Source: Mytilus edulis
Taxonomy: Eukaryota
DNA: 64,000 nt
Assembly: GCF_963676685.1 (NCBI RefSeq)
Contig: NC_092351.1
Location: 81,530,001-81,594,000, forward strand
Reading direction: 5' to 3'
Part shown: positions 24,324 through 36,900 of the stretch, one piece after another
Layout: each line of letters starts with the position of its first letter
Numbering within the stretch: the first letter of the stretch is position 1
Notes under the pieces: model-generated
The model's database searches: none
What the model was told of the DNA's origin: nothing
Seen by the model: the letters and a program-made list of their open reading frames with translations, nothing else
Position numbers and translations under genes: made by a program

Positions 24324-26914
24324 GTTAAAGAAGTCATGCAACAGCTCTTCAAGTATTCTATAGGTGACATGTCTATTTGCAAAATTTATGTCAAATAATC
24401 AGATGTAAGATGTGGTAGGAGTCCCAATGAGACAAAGAGGGACGAAAGATACCAGAGGGACAGTCAATCCAAGTCACAATTTGTACAATCAACTTTTAGT
24501 AAAATGTCACGTTTTCATTTTGGTCTATTTGCTTTTCTGAACCTACCTATTGGATTATGTTTAAATTGTTTTCATCTGGAATATGCAGGAAATGTTTGCC
24601 ACAGGATTTAAAGATAGAAACAGTTAATCGATTGTTTTTTTAGGGCCGGAATGATTTAAATAGTTGGTGTTTCAAATTAATAGTTGACTGAAAATAAAGT
24701 GGCTGAGCGGAATACAATAGAAATACCAACTTTTGTGTTTGCATTCATCCTGGTGTAAAACCCTAAAGGACCATTTCCTTTTAAACGATTCAAAAGTGTG
24801 TCTGCAGGCTCAAAACAGTCTCATTGAATGCAAACAATTATAATAGCCAAGTAACAATTAGCAATAATGAACCATCAGTTATTCTTCAGCTATGGGGGTA
24901 AATCAAGGAAAGGCGTATATGGCCCCTCTTTGATTTTCATTTATTTGTTTTACTTTCATGTTTTTCAGTATGTTTAGTAAAAAAATCGTCTAATTTTTGG
25001 CCTCAAACAGCTAGGCGGTCATATTCATTTATCGATAATATTGCTCCTTTTGGAAAACTTGGATCCTCCCCTGAGTTCAAAGCAAAAAATGATATGATTT
25101 CCATTAATCACATTTTTTGAAAAACCTTCGTGTACACTTGAGATCAAAATTTTGGAGAGCTATATAGCCAATGAGGTAGAGTAAAACCTCTTTTTAACGC
25201 AACACAAATTAATACTTTCAGAAAGGTTACAATATAAGAACTGTTTTAGTACTTTTGAAACATTTCAATCTTCTGAGTTAGCGTCCTTGCCAATATGATG
25301 GTAATTTAAATTTACACTTCAATTTGGTCAAAATCTTTCAAATCTAAGAAAAAATAAAAAATAAACCACGAAAAAACTCAAGGAAGCCCCTTAATTCATA
25401 GACCAACAATGATAACGATACACATGAAAACCTCTAAATAAATTATAGAATATAGTTTAATATAAAAAAAAAATAATTGATTATTATTGCGTTAAAAAAC
25501 TGAAAAACACTAATGTGTATTTGATATATGCAGGAGATATTATAAAACACCACATTGTTATTTTACAAATCAGGAAACAGAAAATATTCCATGGATAATA
25601 AACAACAGCTATTTTATAAAATTAATATTTTTAAAGATATAAATAAAGGCAACAGTAGTATACCGTAGTTCGAAATTCATAAATTGATGGAGAGAAAACA
25701 ATCCGGGTAACAAACTAAAACTGAGGTAAACACATCAACTATAAGAGGAAAACTACAAAACAACAGAAACACTAAAGTGCAACAAAAAACAAAAACGACA
25801 ATACAACACACATAAAAACGAACTGTAGGATAACAAGTGCCATTTTTTTGACTTGGCACAGGACATTAAATGATCCATTGAAACATCTCACTCCACAAGT
25901 AACCTATAGCTATAGTAAACTGCAATAGTTTAATAATTTACGTCTGTGGTACAAGTATTCGATTTCGAGAAATTACATTCTCAAAGAATCTATACTGTGT
26001 TGTTTAGGTTTGGTTTTTTTTGGGGGGGGAGGGGGGTCAAGCTGGCGAAAAAACGTCACAATGTGGGGTGACATAAGGATGCTTATCATACATTGTGAGA
26101 TATTTCAGATCATTGTTTTTATCTCACCTCTTGTCGCAGAATTCATATGAAACGGATGCTAAACCTACAGCGTAAACTATTTTCATAAAGCTTCATAATG
26201 TAGATGGTAAAAGAACTAGATGCTTAATACTTTGTATACACGTACCTTGTGTACTAGTTTCTGTCTGCCATTGGTTTATTGTCACTGACCTCATTTGGAT
26301 GGTTTAGCGACTGCTTAACAACCATATTTCCTTTTTTTGCGACGTGAATTGACCTCATGTTTTTTTTACGTTTTGCTTAAATTTGTCAAAATAAGCTCAA
26401 AAATATCGCTGGTGTATTACTGACTTGCAAGTGAATAATCCGACCTCATCACGACAGATCCGTATTAAATGTGAATTGCTGGTGTGACATCTTCATCATA
26501 TTTGTTATGATGTATAACTTGCCTTGGAAATAAATCATGCATTTGTTAACTTGTTTGAATTGTTTTATATTTTTCATGTCGGTCCTTTTTTAACTTTCCA
26601 TGCTGTGTGGGTTTTGAAAATTTATATAGGGCCTTTACGGAAATGTAAATATGACGCACAGAATGATGAATGGACGGTCAAGGGTAGCACTTAATGTACC
26701 CTCCGATAGATGCTGTCGTGATTTGATTATTAATTGTGAGTTAATTCATTTGACCATAAATACAGTCAACGAACTTAAAACAAATGATAGCATCCATACA
26801 ATTAAACATATATATGCTTAGCATTTTATTATTTTAAATTACATTTTTTAATGTACAAAACCTAAAACAAAACATGAAAGACAAATGGTGTTCATACACA
26901 ATGGACTAAATATT

Positions 26915-27360
26915 ATAATAAAATTGAGAATGGAAATGGGGAATGTGTCAAAGAGACAACAACCCGACCATAGAAAAAACAACAGCAGAAGGTCACCAAC
27001 AGGTCTTCAATGTAGCGAGACATTCCCGCACCCGGAAGGCGCCCTTCAGCTGGCCCCTAAACAAATATATACTTGTTCAGTGATAATGAACGCCATTCTA
27101 GTTTCCGAATTGTACACAAGAAACTAAAATTTAAAAAAAATACAAGACTAACAATTAAGGCCAGAGGCTCCTGACTTGGGACAGGCGCATAAATGCGGTG
27201 GGGTTAAACATGTTTATGAGATCTCAACCCTCCCCTATACCTCTAGTCAATGTAGAAAAGTAAATGCATAACAATACGCACATTAAAATTCAATTCAAGA
27301 GAAGTCCGAGTCTGATGTCAGAAGATGTAACCAAAGAAAATAAACAAAATGACAATAATA
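26915..27360 (-). mobile_element. Non-autonomous copy of the Naiad PLE 3' end
   Basis: Highly similar to 55925-56360, including the terminal ...ttctcaatttt. Confidence 0.88.
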
Positions 27361-27984
27361 CATTATATGATTTTTTGGTCATTTATAGCAAGATACATTA
27401 ATTAACATTTTGAATTGTTTTGATGATATTATATGACAAACCTAGATTTTTGAAGGTAGTAGGATTTCGGAAATCCAACTCAGAAAAATCTATTGCAGAA
27501 TATGTACAAAATGTAAACATAAAAATTATATATCTATCAAAGAACTTTAGCTCAGCAACATTCACCTCAAATATTTGTCCACAATGCCCTCTCGGAGACC
27601 ATGTTACATGTTATTAAATGCTATATTTAAATGAGAAAAAAAAGAACAAACATTAAAGAGTCATAATAGGTTAATACTGGGTTTTTAATATTGATTGACT
27701 ACTCTATGATTTTCAATTAACTTAAACTATTAATTCTATTGAACAATTATACTATAAACTATAAGAATGTGCTAGATATATACAAATCCCAGCAGACATG
27801 TGTGTCTATGTAAGTATTTCGATGTCAGAATATGAGACCAAGTGGTTTTAGTCTAAACATCGAGTCATGCATGATTGTATCCTGGATATTTCAAACCCTC
27901 CTACAATATAATCGAGACTATATATATCTAAACTTAGTGCAAAATAAGAGTTGTCTTCTCCAAGTGTGATGAGGTTTTGTTAGT

Positions 27985-30900
27985 TTAAGATTTCGTCTGT
28001 GATATTGATGGAAGCTTTGGTTTCATACTGTATTTTGATGATGGTCGAAGCAAAACAGTAGATGCTTTAGGTATTGGTTTCAATCTTCTCTTACGCTTTC
28101 CTGATTCTTCGTCGCTGCTAGAACTACTAGATGATGACGATGACGATCGTCTGCTTCTCAAAGACAATGTAGATCCAAGACCACCTGATTTTAGTTTCGG
28201 AATTATTACTTTTTTAAATAGTAAAAACATGAGAACTCCAAATACAATTACTCCGATAACTATACCAATTATCATGCCAACTATTTGTTTGGTAGTCAAT
28301 CCACTTGTTGTTACTGAAAATATAAAGTAAAGTGTTACATACTTAAAAACGTAGAACAGTGACATGATCACCAAGGCTTCATTATGTGATGTAAATAAAG
28401 ATAAAACAAAATGAACTCTTTTAGAAAAGAAAAAAAACTATTAATGCTTTCAAGTTATGTTCAAGATGTCAATTATACTCATGTCAACAAAAAGAGGAGG
28501 TTCGCATTCCTTTAAACGCGACGGTCGTCACATGAGGAGCAGGATCTACATACCAATCATGATTCATGAGCATTTGGACAATCCCCGGTTTTGGTGGGGC
28601 TTGTATGGTCCAATGTTATGATTTTTCAAACTGTTTTTGTCTTTAGGTCGTTGTATGACATGGCGTTGTCAGTTTGTTCGACCTATGTGTCTGAATGTCC
28701 CTTTGGTATTTGTCGCATCTCTATGAGTGTAACCATAATGATCAATTATCATTAAGCATAAAAGATTTCATCCGCAGGAAATAAAATAAATTCATATGAT
28801 ATAACTCTTTCTAGAAAATGAAAGAAATTTGTAATGTATTCCAAAAAAAAGTAAAATGAACGCAGAGGAAAATTCAGAACAGAAAGTCACTAATAAAATG
28901 GAAAAATCAAAAGCACAAAAACATCAAATGAATGGATAACAATTGATATTCAGTTACAACATGTTTTTCGGAAATTGTTCAATGATTAATAGGGTACTAA
29001 CCTTCTCGTAAATAATAGGATATATTGAATCCTCTGTAGAAGGCTGAATCATCAGTTGTGAAGACTACTAGCACATATAGACCATTAGACTGTGTGTATG
29101 TGGGTGTTACTACTCCACAAAATGTCGCTAATGTAGAATATGTTGTACATGGACCTTATTGGAGAGAAAACGCAATTTTTATACCACTTCTCAATATTAA
29201 AAAAAGAGAAGGAAGAAAATTGAGAAAATGTTTAAATTTAATTTCTCTATATCTTTATGTGGTTTTTTTACTTCATTAAGTATGATATTTCAAGTGGTTG
29301 TGAGTGATTGTATCTTTGTGATTGTTTTCTTTAAAATAATAAGGTATTGTACGATGGGTTGTTCTCACTTTGAAGACGTTTGCACATGTGTTTACCTTTC
29401 ATACGTTTGTGTTCTTTTGTGTATTATGTTTTGTTTTTTTTTGAGGGGGGGGGGGGGTGAAATGTGGGGTTCATTGTTTTCAAAACTTATTATGAGTGTA
29501 TGCTGTGCTTATAGTGTAAAATTTTGTATTTTGTTCTAAAAGTGTCTTTGTGTGTTATGTTGGGCTTATTGTTCTCAAAAGTCATTTTATGTGTTATGTT
29601 GGGCTTATTGTTCTCAAAAGTCATTTTATGTGTTATGTATGACGGCTTATTATTATAAAAGCCCATTGTGAGTTATGTTGGGTTTATTCACGGTTCTCAA
29701 AAACTCGTCAGGTTTATACGATGCTGGGATTATTGTTGTTATAAGTTTTTTTGAGTGTTATGTTTTACTTACTGTTCTTAAAACATTTTTTTGAATGTTA
29801 TGTTGGGCGTATTGTTCTTCAAAAATTCTTTTTGATACCGTGATATGAATGGGTAATCGTTCATAGACATTTCTTTGGTTCTAAAATATTGAGTTTTGCT
29901 TGATTGAATGTTGCTTTGTGGACTCGAATTCATAAAACAACATGTTACAAATCGAATAATGCAACATTGGAAGACAGGTATGAATGACGGGAAATATATA
30001 TGTGAATGAAATTCGAAACTAAACTGATAGTGTATAAAGTAGGGGCTGATACGAAGCATTACCACACGCCATATAGGAACAACTAATGTATTGTTAAAAT
30101 TACCTTCATAAAGTTTAACTTTATCGAATTCGCAGTTGACACTATCTTCGATTCTAGAATCTACTGTTTCTATCACTATCTCGTAGTCATATGACAATGT
30201 GTTGTATATTAACCACTGCTCTGTTATTCCACTAAAATGTACATTGAATTTGAAACACGTACACAAAAGGAACTTCTTTTTTTATTTATATTTGATAGAA
30301 GAAGAAAAACTGTAATTGAACGATCACTGTCATTATCCTGATATAAACCTGTCATAATATGTTTTAGTTAAAATTCAAGTTGGAAAAGTAACATCACTTG
30401 ATTTTAAATGCTAACCCAAGTAAAAGCGTGTTTGAACCTCAAAGTTGCTATTTCAAATACACGTAAAATCTAAAGGTCTTATTTCGTAACTATATACATT
30501 TTTCTCATAGATACAATCAATTCAAGAAAAAATAATAATGACAACATGACTTACTTGAAACTCAATTATAACATAACTCTAGTGGCACTAATACTTAAAT
30601 TTGAATGTCAGTTTGCACAGTTTGTAATGAGAAAAAAACAGCTTTAACACTGTATAGTGAAAGTCAATGTTGGTATACCAACCTTCCGTAGTTACTTGGA
30701 TAAGTAGCTGAATTAAAATACTGCCGTTCAAGCGTGGCGTTCAAGTCTGTTGGGTTACCATTGACACAGTCTGGGGTACCTGTGGTAATATTTGACATTA
30801 AGATATTACTTAATATTATTTTAACAAAACAATACATTAAGTCATGTTTGTCTGATTTGAAAATCAAATATCAGTTTGTTTCAAGATTTAAGCTAATTAG

Positions 30901-33900
30901 GTATCTGTGACATATATATACGGTTTGTCAGCGATCATCCATTACCTTTGTGGAGAATATCAGTCAATTTCGATTTACCCTTTTTGTAGAAAATTTTGTT
31001 ATTTCATTTTTTTTCCATTTAATTTGGTTTTGGCAAATTTCTGTTTAGTTTTGTTTCGATCTTTGCGTTTTGAATTAGTTTCCCATTTTAGCACAACCCC
31101 TTTTTTCTCAAGAGATTAAAAATCATTTATTTATGGTGTCCAAAAAGTTGGAAATGAAATATAAATAAGACTTGAAGACACAAACCTGAACCAATGGCCT
31201 CTATCTGGTACTTAAACCCCCGTGCACTTGTCGATCCATCACTCTTAAATGCTAACATCGCTATGTTACCAGTCGAGTTAACGTCAGTTCCTATTTCCCC
31301 ACAAGAAAGAGCCAATCGAGAATAAGCTGATGTTGGACCTGTAATAGGATAATTTGTATACATTATACTAGTTTCTATTGTCATTATTATAACTTATGAC
31401 GAGGATTTTGTTTTGACTTTGAATCAATTGATATCTATTAAGATAAATGCATAATTGAATGTTTGGGGTGGAAAAATTAACACGTACTAGTTGTTAGAAG
31501 ATACAAATTTGAAACTGTTAATGTCTCTGTACCATTATACTCTATATGTAAAAAGGTCAATTGTGATTCAATGCTCTTCAACTTCGTACTTTTTCTACAT
31601 TTGAAAATGCCTGTACCAAGTCAGGAATATGACAGTTCTTGTCCATTCGTTTATGATGCATTTTGTTATTTGATTTTGCCATGTGATTATGGACTTTCCG
31701 AATTGATTTTCCTCTAAGTTCAGTATTTTTGTGATCTTACTTTTTGCTATCAAAATAATGTAAATCTCCATACCATCATAGATTTTAACGTTGTCACCAA
31801 AGCATTCTTCGCTGTTTTCCAAGAAGAAATCTAACACTTTTATCTGCAAAACAGATCCCTGTGGTCCTGTTACCTGCCATTCACAATTGAGGTTACTGAA
31901 ACATAAAATGAACTTTTTTCTTATTATTCAAGTGGATAAATTTGATGCGACTGTTTATCATTCAAAATAATGATTTATTACGTCATAAAATATGGTACAC
32001 AAGGCAATGAGACAGCAACTGATCATCAGAACAAAAAAAGATGTGAAAGTAAATGTAGTAAATTATAAACTAGAGGCACTAAATAGCCTGTGTCGCTCAC
32101 CTTGGTCTATGTGAATATTAAACAAAGCAAAAGATGAATTCATGACAAAATTGTGTTTTGGTGATGGTGATGTGTTTGTAGATCTTACTTTACTAAGCAT
32201 TCTTGCTGCTAACAATTATCTCTATCTATTATAAACTTGGCCCAGTAGTTTCAGTGGCTTTGGGCCAGGTGAGCTAAAAAGATGATGTGGTATGATTGCT
32301 AATGAGATAACTATCCACAAAAAACCAAAATGACACAGAAATTAACAACTATAGGTCACCGTACGGCCTTCAACAATGATCAAAGCCCATACTGCAGAAT
32401 AATTAAATAAAAAAAAAAATGATAAAATTGTCAACTTGAGAATGAAAATGGGAGGTGTGTCAAAGAGACAACAACCCGTCAAATGGCAGAAAACAGCCGA
32501 ACAAACAGCGAGAAAATCAATCAGGAACGATGAGGCGTGCCTCAGCCTGCCCATAACAAAAAAGAATGATGAACTTGTATTTTACCATTTAAATCTTTTT
32601 TTATTTGATTATTTTATCGCGAGTAAGAAACGTTTAATATTGTATTGAAAACAGCACCAACAGAAAATTAATAAGAAGGTAGATCATTAGATTCTCTTTG
32701 AGGAGAATTCGAAGCATGTTTCCCGATTTCGTTTCCTGTGTTTTTTATAGCAGAATATTCATTTCCATTATGTTCTATGCAGCTAGGTTTTTTTTATTTT
32801 AAGCTCTTACCAGGCCAGGATATTCTTTCTTCAAAACTCTCCTAACCAACCATCCCTCTGAAAATTCAATGGCCTTCCCCTGAACTACTTACCTTGAATA
32901 AAAGATGGGATAATCTGGCGTGGTGATATAAAGAGGTGTAGATAAGTTGGTAATTGTCAGGCTTATCGATCCACACGTACTGAAAGTTGTCGAAGGGGTA
33001 GTTGATGGAACAGCTACAACTGCAAAGAAACATATTCTCATCAGGTGCAGTAGTGTTGTTGCGAGTTATAATAACTCAATATACACTACTAACTGCATAG
33101 TATTGATTAATCAAACATGGTACTTCAGATATTCCTCTGCTTTCATGTGTTTCGGGTGAATAAGGTACGTTATGTGCATATACGTAGTTACAATTCCGTC
33201 CCTTTTACCCGCGAATGTGACCTACCGTATTAGACCATTTACCAGGTTTGTACTAACATGAGCAACTTTATTTGTCTGTTAGTCTTTTTTCTCTTTTAGC
33301 CATGGCGTTGATAGTATATTTTCTACTTGTGAGTTAGAATGTCCCTCTGGTATCTTTCGTCTCCCTGTTGCCACCTTGGGATACACGTTTGCATTTCTAA
33401 TGTTGTATAATTCTAACTTTTTCTTTTACTGTTAATGATATGAACCAAAACTGTATAATACGATTTAAAAAAATTATATATATTCATTAGAAAATAAATA
33501 TAGGATCCAGTAGTTGACCGCTGTTCAAGTCATAATTCAATAAAGCAAAAACTAATCTAGGTATTGCTGAAGATTCATTGATTTTCGTGGGTACCACTTT
33601 AAGGTGGTACCTAACACTACAGGGAGATAACTCTGTAAAGTCAGCTTAACGTTTTAATTACGTTGTGTTGTAAAAGGAATATTAAGCTTCTCAATGATCA
33701 AAATTGGTGTTTGTCAAATTGCTATATAACCAGTGTAATTTTTCTAAAAAAAACGGTTGGTTCAATTTTTTTGATATTTTTATATTATTGTTAAAAGGTC
33801 AAAGTAAATACTTTGACAAAATTTTATGAAAATTAAACGAGCCAAATTAATTTAAGTGAAAGTGTTGGGTACCACTTTAACTGGTGTTAAATTTTGTAGA

Positions 33901-36900
33901 AATAGAAAATGTGTTATTCGTGATTAGAAGATGAAGATCAATGTTCACTGTTCACTTTTCAATTAATGTATCAAATAAAATTTTGAGATAGGGCTCAAAG
34001 TTTTCCCAGTAAAAACTCACAATTTGACAATGTTTTTAAAAGCATTCACTGACAAAAAGTACTTTTAAAATAAGGTATGTCCTACAATGCAATTCCTGGT
34101 TACTTTCTACTATAATTATATTGAGATCAACTTTAGATTGGGCTATTGTTGCTTTTTTCGTTTTTAATTGAGTTGGTGTTTCTTTGACACATTTTTCCTT
34201 TTCATTATTTATAAACAGATATTCTACTCAGCAGTATATCAGAGCTACATTATACCCTCCAAGCAAGGAAATATACTTGAATATGATTTAATATACCTGT
34301 ATCTGTTTCGTTATATGCTATTAGAAATCCTCTTCGATTTCTTCCAGATAGTAGACTCTTAAAATTAATAAATGCGTTGTTTCCTGTAGAGTAATATGCC
34401 TCAGAATCAATAAAGGTTGCAGAACTATCGCATATTTCTGCCAGTTTAGTGCCACTTGAGTCAGGCCCTGCAATATAAAAAATCAGGCGTATGTAGATTT
34501 AATCATAAATATTAAATATATATACATGTATAAAGTCTCAACATTAACCCAACAGTTTTAGAAAAATATGTTTATTCTGACAACTTTTTGTTCCCCAACG
34601 GGATTTGAACTCGCATCTTTGATACACTAAGCATTAATCGCTTAGCCTCGTGTACAGCGCTCTACACCACTCGACCAAATCCGCTTTATATAAATATTTC
34701 TTCAATAGTCATAGTGTTACCTTGTCACGTAAGGCGAATCTAGAGATAGTATATGATTGACAACACCGCATGCACCGTGTCAAGCGACAAAGACTACTTG
34801 ACATTCGAGGCTACATAACAAATCTATATATACTAGTATATGTTAAGGTGGTACCTAATAACCTCGCCATTTGTTTGCTTTGTTGGTATAAATAAACTGA
34901 TTTTTATCCTTCGTATAAGTCTTTTTCAACAGATTTTTACAATTCGTTCTTGTGCTGTACTCACTACAGGGAGATAACTCTTTAAAAATCAGCTAAACGT
35001 TTTAATCACATTGTATTGTTAAAGAATCATTATGCTTCTCGATTATCAAAATAAGTGTTTGTCAAACTACTATATAACCAATGAAACTTTCTGATAAAGT
35101 GGTTGGATCAAATTTTTTGAAATTTTTATATCTTTGTCAAAGGGTCAAAGTTAACATTGTCAAAATTTTATGAAAATTAAACAAGCCAAATCAAAATAAG
35201 TCCAGGTGTTGGGTACCACCTTAATACTAAATAAGTAGCAATCAAAAACTGTTATTCATTACCATCATATATTAAAAGCTGGTCTGAGTAACAAACTTCA
35301 CCATCTAACATGTCTGCGAATATGACCTCTATCCGGAGAGATTTACTTGCTGACGTTATTGTCCATTCACAATCGTTAGCACTGGAATAACAATGTTGAT
35401 CTTTCAGAAAACATAGTATGGTAAAAGTATAATGCATAAAATCATGGAGATTGTCGTGAGAGAGATAAAATGAAGATAAAGCTAACTCAGGATAAAGAGT
35501 CTATGCAATTTTTGGAATCCTCGAATAACGCTTAAACAGTCTACGTCATGAAACAAAATTTAATGGTACCAATTTGACTATAATTACACTATTCGACAAT
35601 TAATGTCTCTTCGGAAAACCTCGAAAGCAAAATATTTGAAAATCTAAAAACAGTCATTTATGATTCAACTATTCTAAGTTATTCAAACATGTATTGTTGA
35701 TTTGACGAAAAGTGCAGATAATTCAAGTACTACATAACCTTGCCATTTGTTTGCTTTGTTGGTATAAATAAACTAATTTTTATCCTTCGAATAAGTCTTT
35801 TTCAACAGATTTTTACAATTCGTTCTTGTGTTGTACTGTTACACCGCTATCCCAGGTTAGGGAGGGTTGGTATCCCGCTAACATGTTTAACCCCGCCACA
35901 TTCTGTATGTTTGACCAAAGTCAGGGGCCTGTAATTCAGTGGTTGTCGTTTGTTTATGTGTAACATAATTGTTTTTCGTTAATTTTTTTTGTACATAAAT
36001 TAGGCCGTTAGTTTTCACGTTTGAATTGTTTTACATTGTCATTTCGGTGCCTTTTATAGCTGACTATGCGATATGGGCTTTGACCATTGTTCAAGGCCGT
36101 ACGGTGACCTATACTTGCTAATTTCTGGGTCATTTTGGTCTCTTGTGGAGAGTTGTCTCATTGGCAACCATACCACATCTTCTTTTTTATATCATCATCA
36201 TAGATAAAATGATCATTTTCGAAAATACTGAATTCCTAGAAATTATGCAGGGACATCAATTAATGCAAAAAGTATAAATCATAACTTTAGTTGTAAGAAA
36301 AAAGTGTAACAAAAATATCGGGCTCTAATGTACATTAAAAAGGGGGAAGTCTCAAGACCATAAAAACAGACCAATTCAAAATATCAATTTTGCAACATAA
36401 AATTACCTGTCATATTCATCAGGAAAATTTGGCGATGATAGATATTGTACAGTAGATGTTGCAGTCAATGTTTGCATGGCAGTACACCCTGTTCCAGCTG
36501 TACAAAATAAAGAAAACAATTTTGCACAAGTATAAATTACACTTTGTAAAATGCATAAATTTAAAAATAAGAAAATATGGTATAACTGCCAATGAGACAA
36601 CTTTCCACCAGTCACCAAAAGGCATTAAAGTTAACAACTATTTATAAGTCATTGTACAACCTCCAACAACGATCAAAATACAAGTTCTCGAGCTTAGGAC
36701 TTTGTATACATGAGGCAATCTGGTTGAAATGCAGAGCCTGTATTTACGCTGAACCTAAACATCGAGGTATTTTTCACTTGTTTAACGTACGTGTATACGA
36801 GCTAGACTATGCAAAAAGTAAATCCTTTCGATGCCTTTACAAAATGCATACAAGTTTAATTGTTAGTATCTAACATTCTGGGGTTTTTTTTCTCATCGAA

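Noticed and set aside
21635-27984. TOMT/COMT-like exons downstream of LRRC51, as in mammalian LRTOMT
   Set aside because: No methyltransferase-like exon seen; the region is AT-rich UTR/intergenic DNA and repeats.
35585-35625. Hammerhead on the minus strand (gac attaatt gtc stem)
   Set aside because: Both core segments are mutated (ccgaaga, gaat) and stems I/III are absent.
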